Source of the DNA: the human T2T-CHM13v2.0 reference genome, Homo sapiens
Assembly: GCF_009914755.1 (NCBI RefSeq)
Contig: NC_060928.1
DNA: 64,000 nucleotides
Reading direction: 5' to 3' (one strand)
Shown here: positions 14,040 to 28,794 of the stretch, in pieces
Position numbering within the stretch: position 1 is the stretch's first letter
Layout: every line of letters starts with the position of its first letter
The notes under the pieces: generated by a model
Told to the model about the DNA's origin: nothing
Seen by the model: only the letters and a program-made list of their open reading frames with translations
The model's database searches: none
Translations under genes and position numbers: made by a program

Positions 14040-14539
14040 AAAACTTTATATGGAGAGCTCCTGAGTTTCTGAGATCAGGCTTATAGACCTGGAACCATGG
14101 CAAAAGTTCACAGGAAAAGACAGGGAGAAGAAAATGAATTTTCACTTAGGCTATGATGCTGAAAATATCAATTACTTATTTTCCAACCACAAATTTGTAA
14201 TTGATAGCTTTATTCTATTTACCACTAAGTTAATTAAAAGTAAATAATAATAGTAATAACTAGCAACAGTAGTAATGCTAAGAGAGCTATTTGCTTCTTG
14301 TTTTGTGAGTTTTACATCTACTCCTCTGCAGTCAAGTATACTGATCTGGTTTACTATTTTGCCCTGACTATAATTAAGAGTATTATTTCATCCAGTAATG
14401 AAATTTATAACAGCTAATTTTGAAGATCTGCTAAGGTCTGGGTACTGTGTGAGATAGTTTACATATCTTCAATCCATACAACAAACCTTGAATTAAGTAA
14501 TATTATCATTTTACAAAAGTTAAAAAAGCAGCAGTTTGG

Positions 14540-14800
14540 GGGGCTCAGGCAGGTGGATTACTTGAGCCCACTAGTTGGAGACCAGCCTGGGCAACATAGC
14601 AAGACTCTACAAAAACTACAGAAAGAAATAGCTGGGCGTGGTGGCATGCATCTGCAGTCCCAGCTTCTCCAGAGGCTGAAGTGGGAGGATCGCTTGAGCC
14701 ACAGGGATGGAGATTGCAGTGAGCCCAGATCGTGCCACTGCACTCCACCCTGGGCAACAGAGTGAGACCCTGTCTCAAAAAAACAAAACAAAACAAAAAC
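14540..14800 (+). mobile_element. Alu (AluJ-like, 5' truncated)
   Basis: ggctcaggcaggtggattacttgagccc...gagaccctgtctcaaaa with (CAAAA)n tail. Confidence 0.92.
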
Positions 14801-17800
14801 CTTGAGGCCTCACCGTAAGATCATTTAAATTTTTAAAGTTGTTTTGAATGTACTGACAACAGGATTTGAACCCTAGAAGTATGACTATTTAGCTTGCTTT
14901 CTGACACGGGCCTTATTATTAGTTTTCATATGTGTAAGATCAATGCCTACTAACTGGAATATTCTAGTAAATTTGTGAATGTTCTTCCTAAATAAACTGG
15001 GGTTCTTAAAATGAGGATTGAATTAGTTTGATGGATTATAATAATATTTGTTTCCAAATTCTGCTGGGTAGAATCAAGACAGGTTTTTGAAAGTATGTTT
15101 CTCAAATTTGAAAAAATGTATGAAATATTTATCTTGGCAATAATAATAGTGATGTGACGACTGAAAAGATTTATGTACAGGTCACTTCTCAAGAGTTAGG
15201 AATCCTAAGGCTTCCTCTCAATCAGTACACCAGCTCAGCAGGCGTAGGGTTTGATGTTTGTTTGTTAGCATATTTTGCCATTTAAGATGCATTCAATTTT
15301 TAATATAAAATAAGTGAAACATATTATCTCATGCATAATCGTTGGCTAAATTGAATGATTTTAATCAAAAGTAGCTTACAGAAATTATCACTTCGACTAT
15401 GTCTAACACTTAAAGATTTTGTACATTGTATGAAACTGAAGGAAATGAAGGGAATAAAAGAAAGATTACAAATACAGGATTTTACGGTTTGAAGCAGGAA
15501 TAGGGAAAGTGTTATCTAGAGGTAATTATTGTTAATCTTTTAAAAACTGGGGAAATAGTTTTTATTTTATTTTTATTTGGTGGAAAAAAGCATAAAAATA
15601 ATATAATTAACAAAAATGACCTACCACTCAAAATCAACCAAGGGCAAAGTTTAGTTATATCAGATTTCATCTGGCTTTTAAAGGGATATAACTTGTTGCA
15701 CAGAAAACTCATCCTTTTTAGAATAAAATTCTAAAAATCTTGGAAAATGTATGCAGTCACATAAACATCATTGTAATTGAGAGATAGAACAATTTTTCAT
15801 AAATTGTCTTGTCCATCTGTAGTCAACCACTTGCCTCACTTCCAACCACTCTTAAGCACTGCTTTGTTTTTTATCTTGATTGCCTTTTGAGAGTGTCACA
15901 TAAATTGATTGATTGCCTTTAGAGTCTGGCTTCTTTCACTGAGCATGCATTTAAGATTCATCCATGTCCTATGTTATTGAGAGTTTCTTCATTCTTTACT
16001 GCTGAGTAGAATTCCATCTATGGCTGCACCAGAGTTCGCCCATTCAGCAGCTGAAGGTCACAGATTATTCCCAATTTTTAATGACAACAGATAAAACCAT
16101 TATAAACCTGCGCTTAACAGATTTTTGAGTCAACATACATTTTTATTTATCTCGGGTAAATACATAAGGGAGGGCTTGCTGGAACATTTTAAGTGTATTT
16201 TTGATTTTATAAAAAACAGCCAAGCCATTTTTCAAAGTGGTTGTACCATTTAGCAGTCCCACAACGATGTTTGAGAATTCCAGCTGTCCACTGTCAGGAC
16301 TTGGTATTGTCAGGTTTTTTTGGTTTTCTTTGCTTGGATTTTTGTTCTGTTTTCCTTTTTTAAAAAAAACTATTCCCATAGGTGTATTGTGTTATCTCAT
16401 TGTCAGTTTGATTTGCATTTCTCTACTGACTAATAATATTTTATGTATTTTTATGACTATTTGCCACCTGTATATCTTTCTTAGTGAAGTGTCTATGTAA
16501 GTTGTTTGCCCTCTGTTTTCTTGTTAGTGGGTTTTTATTATTCTTTATATATTTAGGATATCAGTCTCTTATCAGGTATATGTTTCGCAAATGATTTCCC
16601 CCAGTATACGGTTTGTCATTTCATTTCCTTAATGTGTCACAAAATAAGACACAAAATAAGTGTCTTCCATTTTGATGGATATCAACTTTTTCTTTCAAAA
16701 CGAGACTTTTTGTGTTTGTCCTAGGAAATATTTGCTTAACATAAGGTCAAAAAGATTTTTTCCTTTGCTTTCTCTTAAAAGCTTTGTAAGTTAATGTTTT
16801 ACAGTTATGTTTTATATCCATTTTGAGTTAATGTCTTTATAATGTACAAGTTAGGTCAAAGTTCAAGGTTCATTTCTTTATACATGGTGTCTAATTCTTC
16901 CAGTATCATTTGTTTAAAATACTTTGCTTTTCTCCACTTAATACTCTATGTATCTTTGTCAAAAATAAGCTGAAATTGTGATGTGGGTTTATCTCTAGAG
17001 TTTGTTCTCTATTCCATTAATGTATATATCTATCCTCTCACCAATGCCACACAGTTTTGATTATGATGGCTGTAGAATAAGTCTTAAAATGAATTAGCAT
17101 GACTTCTCCAATTCTGTTCATTTTTAAAATTGCTTTGGCTATTCTACTTCCTTTGCCTTTCCATATGAATTTGAGAATCAACCTATAAAACTTCTTGGTG
17201 GTATTTTTATTGAGGTTGCACTGAATCTATAGATAGGTTTAGAGAGAATTGACAATTTAATATTGAGTCCTCCAATCAATTAATGTGGTGTATCTTTCTA
17301 TTTAGGTCTTTGTTTTCTTTCATGGCTATTTTGTATTTTTCTGCATAAACGGCATGTACATATTGTGTTCGGTTTATACCTATTTTATATATTTTGGTGC
17401 TATTTGTAAATGGTTTTCATTTTTTGTGGGAGTCATAGAACATAACGCAATTTTATTTTGTCAAGTGACTTTTATTGCAGGCTGCATCCCTGGTATCAAG
17501 TTAAATAATAAATCAATATAGCACAAGGTGCCTCAAAGATGGGGAGGGGAGAATTTAAAGGACCAAAACGAAGGAGGAAAGCTATGAGGACAGATAATCT
17601 ATAATCAGATTTTAAAGGACCTCCAACTCTTCAAGTGGCTGTGATTATTGCATAACGTATCAGACAGATACATAGAATGGAAAGTGGCTTAACAAATATT
17701 TTAAACAATGCCTTAATTTCATGGTGATAACGCAGTTGCACTGTATTTCTCATGCTTCTTTGGAGCTCTTTATATACCATGCAGAGCTTTCTATTTTGAA

Positions 17801-18402
17801 GGTCCTGTCTCAGCAGACAAAATTCCATCTCCCTCTGTGATTTTTAAAATGTCCTTTAACAGGTTAAGGAAGTTTACTTCTATTCCTAGTTAAAGAAATT
17901 TATCGTGAATGGATGCTAAAACTTTGTCTAATGCTTTTTCTATGTCTATTGTGGTGATTATAAGGTTTTTCTTTTTTAATCTGTTCTTATGGTGAATTAC
18001 ACTAATTAAATTTCAAATGTTAAACCATTTGAAACCATTTCCTTGCTTTCTTAGAATAAAGCCCACTTGGCCTATACATGTTGCATATTGGTTTCAATTT
18101 GCTTAAAATTTCCTTGAGGAAGTTTGCATCTATGCTCCTGAGATATATTAGTCTAGAGTGTTATTTTATTTTTGTCTGCTTTTGGCATCAGGGAATGCTG
18201 GCTTCATAAAATGGGTTGGGAATGATTTTCGTTATTCTTTCTTTCTGGCAGGTTTTGTGATAGAACTGCTGCTATTATATTTTCCTTAAATGGCGGGTCA
18301 GACTCCCCAGGGAAGCATCTGGAGTTTTCTTTGTTGCAAGCTTTACAACTATTAACTCAGTTTATTTAATGCATATAGGAGGACTCCAGTTACCTATTGT
18401 GC

Positions 18403-18410
18403 TCTCTCTG

Positions 18411-18441
<31 letters not shown>

Positions 18442-18470
18442 GTCACACACACACACACACTCACACACAC
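18403..18470. repeat. Compound (CT)n(CA)n microsatellite
   Basis: Seen directly. Confidence 0.95.
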
Positions 18471-18510
18471 CTGATTTTCTCTAGTTACCAGAGATCAGAG
18501 CATTTCTTGA

Positions 18511-18882
<372 letters not shown>

Positions 18883-20232
18883 CTCTCCTGTTCTTTTATT
18901 TGCTCATTTTCTATTGTATCATTTGTCTTTTTTCTTAGTGATGTATAAGTTATTTATATATTCTTAACACTTAAAAAAATCCATCCTGTTTTTCAATATT
19001 TTATTGCTTCATAGAAGTGCTTTACATTTTGATATGGTAAAATTTGTCAGTATTTTTTATTACTACTTTTCCTCTATATTTTTAAAATCCTTCCCTGCCC
19101 TAGTGTAATAAAGATACTTTCCTATATTTTTATTGTTTTTTACAATTAGATCTTTATTAGGTAACTCTTATCAGATGCATCTAGAATTTATTTTCATGTG
19201 TAGGGTAAGATAGGGATATGTGTGAGGCAGTAAAATAATTTATTCATTGTCTGCATAAACCTGTTGTCCCATCACCATTTTTTGAGTAGGCCTACATTGA
19301 TTAGTAATTCCTCCCCTATTATATATCAAGGACACAGAAAGCTGAACTATTTTTGACCTATATTGGGTTATAGTCATCTATGTATTTATTTAGTGCTAAA
19401 CCACAGTTGTAATTACTGTAGTTTAAGAATAAGTCTAGATATTTAGAAGGCTTAATTCTCCCACCTTCTTTTTCTTTTTCAGAATTATGTCAATTTATAG
19501 AACATCTCTTTTCCTTACAGAATTTTAGAATCAGTTTGTAGATTCCATGAAAACTTTTTTGAAAATGTTCTTGAAATTGCATTTGAAAATATATGTATAT
19601 CTATATCTATATATGTACACACACATATTTGAAAGAGATGTGATAATGAGATTGCATATCTGCTAACCAGATCTATCTTATCATGTGTTCACATTTGCTT
19701 TCTGCCATTAAAATCTCATATATTTTTGGTAAATTTACTGCTGGGATTAGTATAAAACTTTTTGCTATTGTAAATTAGATTTTAATTACCCTTGTTTTGG
19801 TATTGTTGAGATACTGAAATGCTCTTGGTAATACATGTTGACCTATGCCAAGCATTCCTGCTGATCTCTTATTATTTTTAATTCTTGTAGAATGTCTTTA
19901 TTATATAGACAAGTGCATTGTCTTGATTAATGCCAAATTTGCCTCCATCTTTCCAACCTTTCCACTTATATGTTTTCTTTTCTGATTGCTCTGATTAGGA
20001 AAACAAAGTCAGCGCTGAATAGCAATGGCAAGAGTGAGTGTCCTTTTCCTGTACTTGACGTTATTGGGAATGTTTCTAGTGTTTCACCATTAAATATAAT
20101 GTTACTTACAGTTTTTGCAGGATTTCCCAGATCAGTTTATAACCATTCTATTCTATTCCTAATTTACTTATAATTTTTATCATAAGTTAATGTTAAATTT
20201 TATTAAATATGTTTTCTTTCATTTATTTATAA

Positions 20233-20524
<292 letters not shown>

Positions 20525-20672
20525 TACATTTTATTAAATGCATTTTTTATGTTTACTGAGATGATCATATGGTTTTTTTCCTTCAAACATTGAAAATGAA
20601 ATTTCAGCTCTTTAACCATCCCTCCATTCCAATAAGTGTTATTTGGAAAGAATTATTTTTAGGACACTTTTA

Positions 20673-20985
20673 GGCCAGGTGTGATGCCTCATGCTTGTAA
20701 TTCCAGCACTGTGGGAGGTCAAGATGAGAGAATTGCTTGAGGCCAAAAGTTTGAGACCAGCCTGGGCAACATAGTGAGACCCTATCACTATAAAAAAAAA
20801 TTTTAAATAAGTTGGGTGCAGTGGCTGTGGGTATAGTCCCAGCTACTCAGGAGGCTGAGGCGGAAGGATTGCTTGAGCCCAGAAGAGTCTGCATTCTGCC
20901 CACCAGGCTACAGTGAGCTAGTATTGTGCCACTGCCACTCCAGCCTGGGCAACAGAGTGAGACTCCACCTCTACAAACAAGAAAA
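20673..20985 (+). mobile_element. Alu (AluJ-like)
   Basis: Sense dimer with extra bases in the right arm. Confidence 0.92.
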
Positions 20986-21936
20986 AGAGACTTTTAAATT
21001 TTTGCAGTACTTGACGTATTTACCTCTATTCTTAAACAAAACCTTTCTTATATTTTCCTGTTGTTTATAATCTCCCATGTATCATATTTTTCATCTCCAT
21101 TGCTGCTAGAATGATCGTTTTAAGTGAACAATTTAAGTATCTTATTTCCCCAGCAAATAGCCAACAGTGCATCTACACACTTACTGCTCAAAAGGCCAAC
21201 CATCTAACATGTCATGCAAGAGCCCCACCCCCTAATTGAGCTCTTGTTGATCAATGCACATCTCTCACATTTCTATACTCCAGTCAACTGAGCTGCTTAC
21301 AATTCATTGAATACCTCATGCTTTTTTCATTTCAATATTTTATTCATACTACTCCTCTGGCTAGAAGGCCTTTTCCTTGATTCATAAGTCAGGCAAATCA
21401 TTTCAAAGTTTTATGGATTAGCTCTAGCCTGTCTCTGAATCCTTTACTGACATTTTAAGAGGAATTTCAACTACTGTCTTCTGCCCATATACACCATATA
21501 AAGTTCCACCTCAACATCTGTTATGCCATATAATTCCTACGGTTTTATTATTATACCAAGTACCATATTTTATCTTTCTTTAGAAATGTGTAGCACTAAG
21601 CATTCTGTCTAGCAAATAGCAAGTTTAAAAATTACTTGGTGAATGAATTACACAGATAGACTTAGCAAGCTCTGATTTTTAGGACCATCTCTAAGTGTCT
21701 TTTGACCAACACCTGGCTCTTAATTCTAGCTTCTTCCTAACAATATCCATAAAAGCTTTAAATGATCAGCTTATTCCTAAGAAAACACATGACTACAGTG
21801 TGTATTGGTTTAGAAAAATAACCTCTCATTTGATTGAAGTTTGTCTTAAATTACAAATCTAAAGTTCTCTTTATGATAGATTTAAAAAGAAATTAAGACT
21901 TAAAACTTAGTTAAGACAAACTTACTTTTGTACTAA

Positions 21937-21937
<1 letters not shown>

Positions 21938-21978
<41 letters not shown>
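21938..21978. repeat. (TG)n microsatellite
   Basis: Seen directly. Confidence 0.95.
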
Positions 21979-21980
<2 letters not shown>

Positions 21981-24900
21981 TCTTTATATTAATTGAATAC
22001 TTTCTCCTGGTGACTTTGTTAAGCTATTTGACTTATTTTCCCTCATTTATTCATCTCAACAACTCCACGATTATATATTATTTTTATTAGGCCTACAAAT
22101 AACATAACTAAACTTAGGGATAATAGATCCTTTCTCCAATTTAGTGGATCTAGAAGTTGAGAACAGATGGTTCTAAATCAAAAATTGCCATGAAACTGTC
22201 ATGAATTTGCCAAGGAAGAATGTTTTGTTTCAGGTTGCTTAGAAATTAATTAATTGAATGATATAAAATTTTATTTCAAATGATGTATAAAGTAAAATAA
22301 TATAACCTTTTTTCACCCATTAACCTGACTGAAAAAGTCTAAACTTTATAATTCCATAACACCAAAAGAGGTTTTATGTAAGCAGAAATTAGAATTATTT
22401 GTTAGTTGTGAAAAGAGAAAAAATCCATTTGTATTTATAAATTATATAGTAGTAGAATTTAATACAAAACAAGATTATCTTCCCAAATCTACCTTTATCT
22501 AGAAAAATAAAACAACCATAGCTATCTCCTCTCTAAACAACATTATTGACTACAAAATATCCTGAGTCATTGTTGAAAATGAACTTTTTGTAAATATTTG
22601 TTGCCACTATAGCCCACTTCAATGCACTTCTCTTTGTTATTGCTGGCTATGTTTAGCTTAGTAACCTAAGCAATGGCACCCAACAACTTGGCAATTAATC
22701 ATTTTAAAATTAAAAGATTAAGTCCACTGAAAGCCTAATTATGAAAACTGGACAAAGAAAGAAAGACAGGAGTGCAAATAATTTCAGCTTACTTGTTCAG
22801 AAATGAACATTAGACAAGAATGCTTAATCAACTCTATGAAATTGTTGTCCTATGAAAGAACATATTCATTTTCACTAGGAGATGAAACTTTTTGTAGTCA
22901 TATATTCAAAGACTAAAGAACCTTATTTGAGATGCCCAAAAGATAATAAGTAGGACTTGTTGCTATGACTTCAACAACCAGCATGCAGCTAATCAGCATC
23001 CATTGCAGCCACTGAAAAGGAACTGGCTATTTCAGTCCTTAGCTTTACTTCTAAAGATGCAGTGATCAAAACTGAAATTTGACCTAGAAGCTGTCATTGG
23101 TCTAAAGATGCATGACAAAAGATTTGGCAAGTGCTAATAAGAATAGGAAAACAACAACCAACAAAGCAGTCAGATTTCTCAAACTTTCAGGATGGTAAAG
23201 TGCATCAAAACCAGCCAAGAGCCTAATTGGCAAAGATTATACCCAATGTAGCGTGAGGGGCAGGCTCATTACTCTGATTTGTTGTCAATGTTAAAAGAGT
23301 AGATTTTTTTCATACTAAACAGCTAATAAATAAACAGTGAGATACAGCCATTGGGACAGAAGAAGAAAGCCAGGGACAAAGAAAACAGAAGGACTCAACT
23401 TGAGCAGAGCAAACAGCTACTTGTACCCCAATTCTGTAGTCTTTGGAGGAATTGGAAGATCATATTAAAGCTATGCCTACCAGTAGAGCAATACTTCTTA
23501 TACACATTTGCATCTAAAAATTCATCTGCACATAGCACCACATATCAATTAAAGAAGGCTTTACTGAAAAATGAAAAGACATAATTACAAATATCCTATT
23601 AGCTTTAAAAAAAATTACTATTCAGAATGCTTTGTTTTAATTATGCTGTATTTTATTTTAATTATGTTGTTTTGAATCAGTCCTTGATGTAAAAGATAAG
23701 AGAGAACTGAATGAGTCTTTCAACCCAAGGATAATAGCCTCTTTAAACATTCATCGTTTGAGCTTTAAAAGCCAAGAAAAAGCAAGAAAGGGGAAAAATA
23801 GGGGGCAAAAGGGAAGACATGGAAGAGAGCCCCAGAATTATGGAGACCTACAGACAATAATGTGAAATACAAGGTATTACAAGAAAGGGATCTTTCTTCT
23901 TTGCCCTTCATCTCAATTAAGTCATACAAGTATTAAAGTATTAAAAATATGAAAATAAATTTTAATAATGCTAAATCATGTGATCTTTTTAAAAAAAAGC
24001 TGTTGGTATCCTGCAATTACCAACACTTAACTATACATTTTCTGATAGCTAAAGTTTCTAATTTTTAATTTTATAACTTAGTTTGATCAGTGTAATAGTC
24101 CACTATGTTATAATCTATAGTTAAATATGTTAAATTATTTCCTTTATAGTGAATCAGATCTCTTTAGGTCTTTGGGTAAAATTTTATAAATTTCTGATTA
24201 TATCATGGCAATAAGTGGGAAATAGAATCTTAAAGCCTTGTCTGGAGGTTCTGTTTAGTTAAGGAGTGAAACCAACTGAATAATCATAAATGTTTCTGTC
24301 ATCTATAAGAGTCATCCTCTTGCATAGCTTCCAACGAAGGCCATGTGGCATAGCAAGAAGTGGTGTAACATCTATCTCTCTGGACAAGTAGATCAACAAA
24401 GCAATCCTGAATCACTGGGTTGACAGAAGTCATACCAGATCATCCTCCTACTTAATAACACGGGTTTTGATATACACAGTTATTTATAATTAATTGGAAG
24501 TTACCAGAATTGTGAATACTTTTCATTTGTTTGTGCTTGTTCTTGATGACTCCTTCCTCTCTTCAGAATACCAACTTCTCCTAGTTTGTATTCTAACAAA
24601 TAAAAAGATGTTTTTCCTTCTTATTATCCCACATATTTTCTTCCTTTTTATTACATCTGTAACCAAATCTGCTTGGATCTCCATCACTCCCTGTAGGAAA
24701 TGCTGCAAAGTCACAAACCATCCAGCTGCTCGTCAAGATACTCATTCAGAAAGCTTCTCTTGATGACTGCAGCCTCCATCGATGTCCTCCATTCCTGACC
24801 AGTGGTTTTACCAATGATTATATTTAATCTAGATCTCTGTGTCTTACAGATTTTTAAATAGTTTCCTGTGTGCAAGTTTTTATCTCCAATGAAAGCATAA

Positions 24901-25474
24901 GTCCTTTAGAATCAGAAATTATACTTACCCTGCATCCTTCGTTACGTCATTATGTGCAGAGCAAGGGTGGGCATGGGATAGACCCTTCAGTAGACCCCTA
25001 AGAAATACTTGTTCAATCGAGTCAACACTAAAATAAATTTAAAAGGCTGCTTTTGGGGGTGAAGTAGTTTTTTTTTTTTTTTAACCAGGGAATGGTTGGT
25101 GGTCCTACAAACAAAAATTCTCCCACAACAATGATCTTAAGATGATATAATGAGATATGTGAATTATCATTGGAATTTTTAAATATTTGACATTTCTTGA
25201 GTTGAGTATCCCTTTACCTGTCAGCTGATTTAAACCAGGATGTATTTATCATATGATGTAAGGGGATTTCTCTTAAGGTAACTGCTGTGAAATGAATGAA
25301 ATTATTTAATAACACTAATTTTTGTAGGTATTTCTATGCCTTTTTTACCTAAGGAACCAACTACTTACAAATCGTATACTTGTATTAATAGTTGCTCTGC
25401 CTTTTTCCTCTTTAGAGAAATTTGCTTTCTTACATACAATTAACAAATAAAATTTCATTCTTCTTTTTAAATCT

Positions 25475-25798
25475 TTCTTTCTTTCTTTATCTTTCTTTCT
25501 TTTTTTTTTTTTTGACGTAATTTCGCTCTTGTAGCCCAGGCTGGAGTGCAGTAGCATGATCTCACTGCAACTTCTGCCTCCTGGGTTCAAACGATTCTCC
25601 TGCCTCAGCCTCCCAAGTAGCTGGGATTACAGGTGCCCGCCACCACTCCCAGCTATTTTTTTTTTTTTTTTGTATGCTTAGTAGAAACGGAGTTTCACCA
25701 TGTTGGCCAGGCTGGTCTCGAACTCCTGACCTCAAGTGATCCACCCGCCTCGGCCTCCCAAAGTACTTGGATTACAGGCATAGCCACTGCGCCTGGCC
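25475..25798 (-). mobile_element. Alu (AluS-like)
   Basis: (CTTT)n/poly-T tail then antisense dimer. Confidence 0.95.
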
Positions 25799-26467
25799 TA
25801 AATCTTGCTTTAGATAGGAAAAAAATATGTAAAACAGTGACAAAATGTATAACCTAGTCAAACATATATCTCAAGTACATCTCTATGAATATTTATCCTT
25901 TTATACTATTTAGTAAGAAAACTGAAAAAAAGAATGCAGAAAATTCCCTGAGTATCCAGTGTTGAAGTTCATTATTTGCACTTCAAATCTAGATGGAAAT
26001 ACATAGTTGACTTACGTTAATAAAAACTATCTACTAAATATAATGTGTCTTCAAAATATTTTGAAAGCACAATTCCATTTCAGCACTTTTCTTTTATATA
26101 TTTATGTATTTTTCTTAATAAAATAACAAACAAAAAATACTATACCCAGAAGGAATAAGCAAACACTGAGTTATATTTTATCAGATATGATCTGTTCCAT
26201 GCCCTGATATTTCTTTAAAAAAAACACAATATATTTGTTTCGGATGTATAGACTAGGATTTAACCATGATGGTCATTTTTACCTGGAGATAACATTGCCA
26301 ATGGAGCAAACATCATTTCTAGAACTTGTAAAATGATTCCTTTTAAATGAATCATTTCTAGGACTTGTAAAATGATTCCATCATAACAGCCACACAAAAC
26401 ACTATCTTGCACTCACATATATAAAAACGAAACAAATCAATCAAAATGAAAAAAACAAGAACCCCCT

Positions 26468-26484
26468 ACACACAAACACACATG

Positions 26485-26522
<38 letters not shown>
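26468..26522. repeat. (CA)n microsatellite
   Basis: Seen directly. Confidence 0.95.
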
Positions 26523-26525
<3 letters not shown>

Positions 26526-28794
26526 ATGTAAATAGCAATCTAAAAGTTTAGAGTTGTTAGCATAAAACATATAAACTTACATGTTAAAATTTATCAACTA
26601 GTTCCCTCACTAATTAATAACATATTAATAATATATAATGAGTTACAAGTAATGTGCGTGTAGCCTAAGGAAGTCTCAGATAATTCCTGGTAATATTGTA
26701 TATTTGGTATTTATTTTGTTTCCATTTTTTTCTTATCCTCACTTAATAAAGGGAAAAAAATATCTAAAGACTTGAAGAAAGAAAAATACCCAAATCTGGT
26801 TGAAGCCTTAGGTGTCTTCTCTGTCAGAAAGTCAGGGTTGAAAACACAGAAGAATTACTAACAAGGAAAGATCTGTCAGCTTTGAGAAATGCTGCTATGG
26901 GAGCATCATCTTCATAATTTGGTGAGGATGTGGGGCTCAATACAATTGATTGATTGACTAGTTTATAGGCATCTAGAGCTGAGTGAAATCTTACAGGACC
27001 AAGGTAGCACAGATCAATAATAGCTGAGTTTTTGGAATAAGAACAATTATCTCCTGACTCCTAGTGTAGTGATTATTTAAGCACAATATGCTTCATCTCT
27101 GTTGATTCATTTCACAGTTTGAATATAGGTCATGTATTTATCTATATATTCCTAAATACATGAAGGTATAAATAGTCTCTATAAATAAAATACAAGAAAA
27201 ATGAACACAATACAGTTTTCAGAACAGATGCATTAACACCAACTTCACGAGACATACTGTATTATATCACAATTTAAAACAGTCAAGAAGCATATCTTAT
27301 CATTTAAAAAACTCAAATGCCATCAAACATTCTTAGACAGTTTGTTTAACTTTTAAAGTTATATTTAAATAATAAATGTATATCATTAGATCATTTTGTA
27401 GTAACTTGCTGAGGGATTCTGCTATTCCACGGCATTTTCAGTGTCTGCCTTTCTCTTAGATCATTCCCCTTCTGAAATCATGAAACAGTTCTTTCCTACC
27501 CAACAAAAATCTTTGCTTGACCTTGGACCCGTCCAAATTTCCTCCCACCCTCCCTCCTTTCCTGTTTCCCTCCCCTCTCTCCCTCCCCTCTTTCTTCCTT
27601 ACTTTTCTTCCTTTCTTTTTTTTTTTTCCTAGTCCTTGTAATCTGGTCTATGAGAGCAGACTTGTATCTTCACTCCTTTATTAAAAATGCTTTGATTTCA
27701 ATATCTGATATAAATGAAAAAACCCTTAAAACAAAATATATTGTATTCCTTTCTGTTCTTTCTGTTGCACTGAATACTGTAGGTCACTCACTTCTTAAAA
27801 CTCTTTTTTTTTCTTTGATTCTTCTGAATGTGCACTAACTCTGTCTCATCTACTTTTCAGCTGAAAAGTCCTTCTTGCCTTAATGTTCTAGATCCTTCTT
27901 GCCTTAGTGTTTCTTTCACAAGGGCCTTTGGTCTAAGGTTAACTCCCTCCCACAACTGTTTTCTATACCCTGTTCTGAACAGATACACTCATTCCACAGT
28001 TTTGCCTTCTTTCCTGTCTCCTGCAATGACCAATATTAAATACATTATACTTTTTAAATTTTGTATTTTTGTATCTTTCTGAGTTAGCAAAGTAGGCAGT
28101 CATAGGCAAATAGCTTGATGATAAGAGTATTTGTTGGTTTCTTTGTCAATTATCTAAATGTTGTTGCCTTCAAAGTCTGGACATGACCCCAAATAATGAA
28201 GGAAACAATACACATTCACAAATAACTATAATGCAAGGAGGAAGCAGCTGACATACCAGACACAGAGAGACATAAAAGAAAGGTAGACTTTCATCAGACG
28301 CAGTATTTACTGAACTCCAGGCATTTGTGCAACTTACTTGTAGCTTTACCAGATTTTCCTAGCAACGTGTACAAATGTAATAATATATGAAATATTTATT
28401 ATGTTCACATTCCTTTTCCAATTTCCCTTATTTTCTACAAACATCTTTCCAAGATAGAGAGAAAGGAGAGTTTTGAACCTATTGAGGCTGAAGGACCAAA
28501 GGGACAGCTAGGTGAAGACAGCTGACAGGCATAGATATGCATTTGAGAGATACATAAATATAAATGACACTGAAGCTATGAGACAGGAGGTTATTAGTAA
28601 CTTTCAGGGGAGGGGTTTCAGTGAACTCTGGAGAACATCACCCAAGAAGGCTGATTAGTGACTGATGAAAAAGAAGAGACAGCAACTATAGAAACTTAGT
28701 AAGTTTAGTAGTGAAATGAAACAGAAATGTAATAGTAATTCCAAGAGGTAGCTCTTGGTAATATTAGGACCAGGATTAGAAAATAAAAATAGTG

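Noticed and set aside
22670-23350. Possible intronic enhancer with NFI half-sites and FOX-like TAAACA motifs
   Set aside because: Short motifs are expected by chance in AT-rich DNA; needs conservation or chromatin data.
24921-24950. Minus-strand donor AGG|GTAAGT beside a CRE-like TTACGTCA
   Set aside because: Lies in L2-like sequence and I found no convincing partner acceptor.
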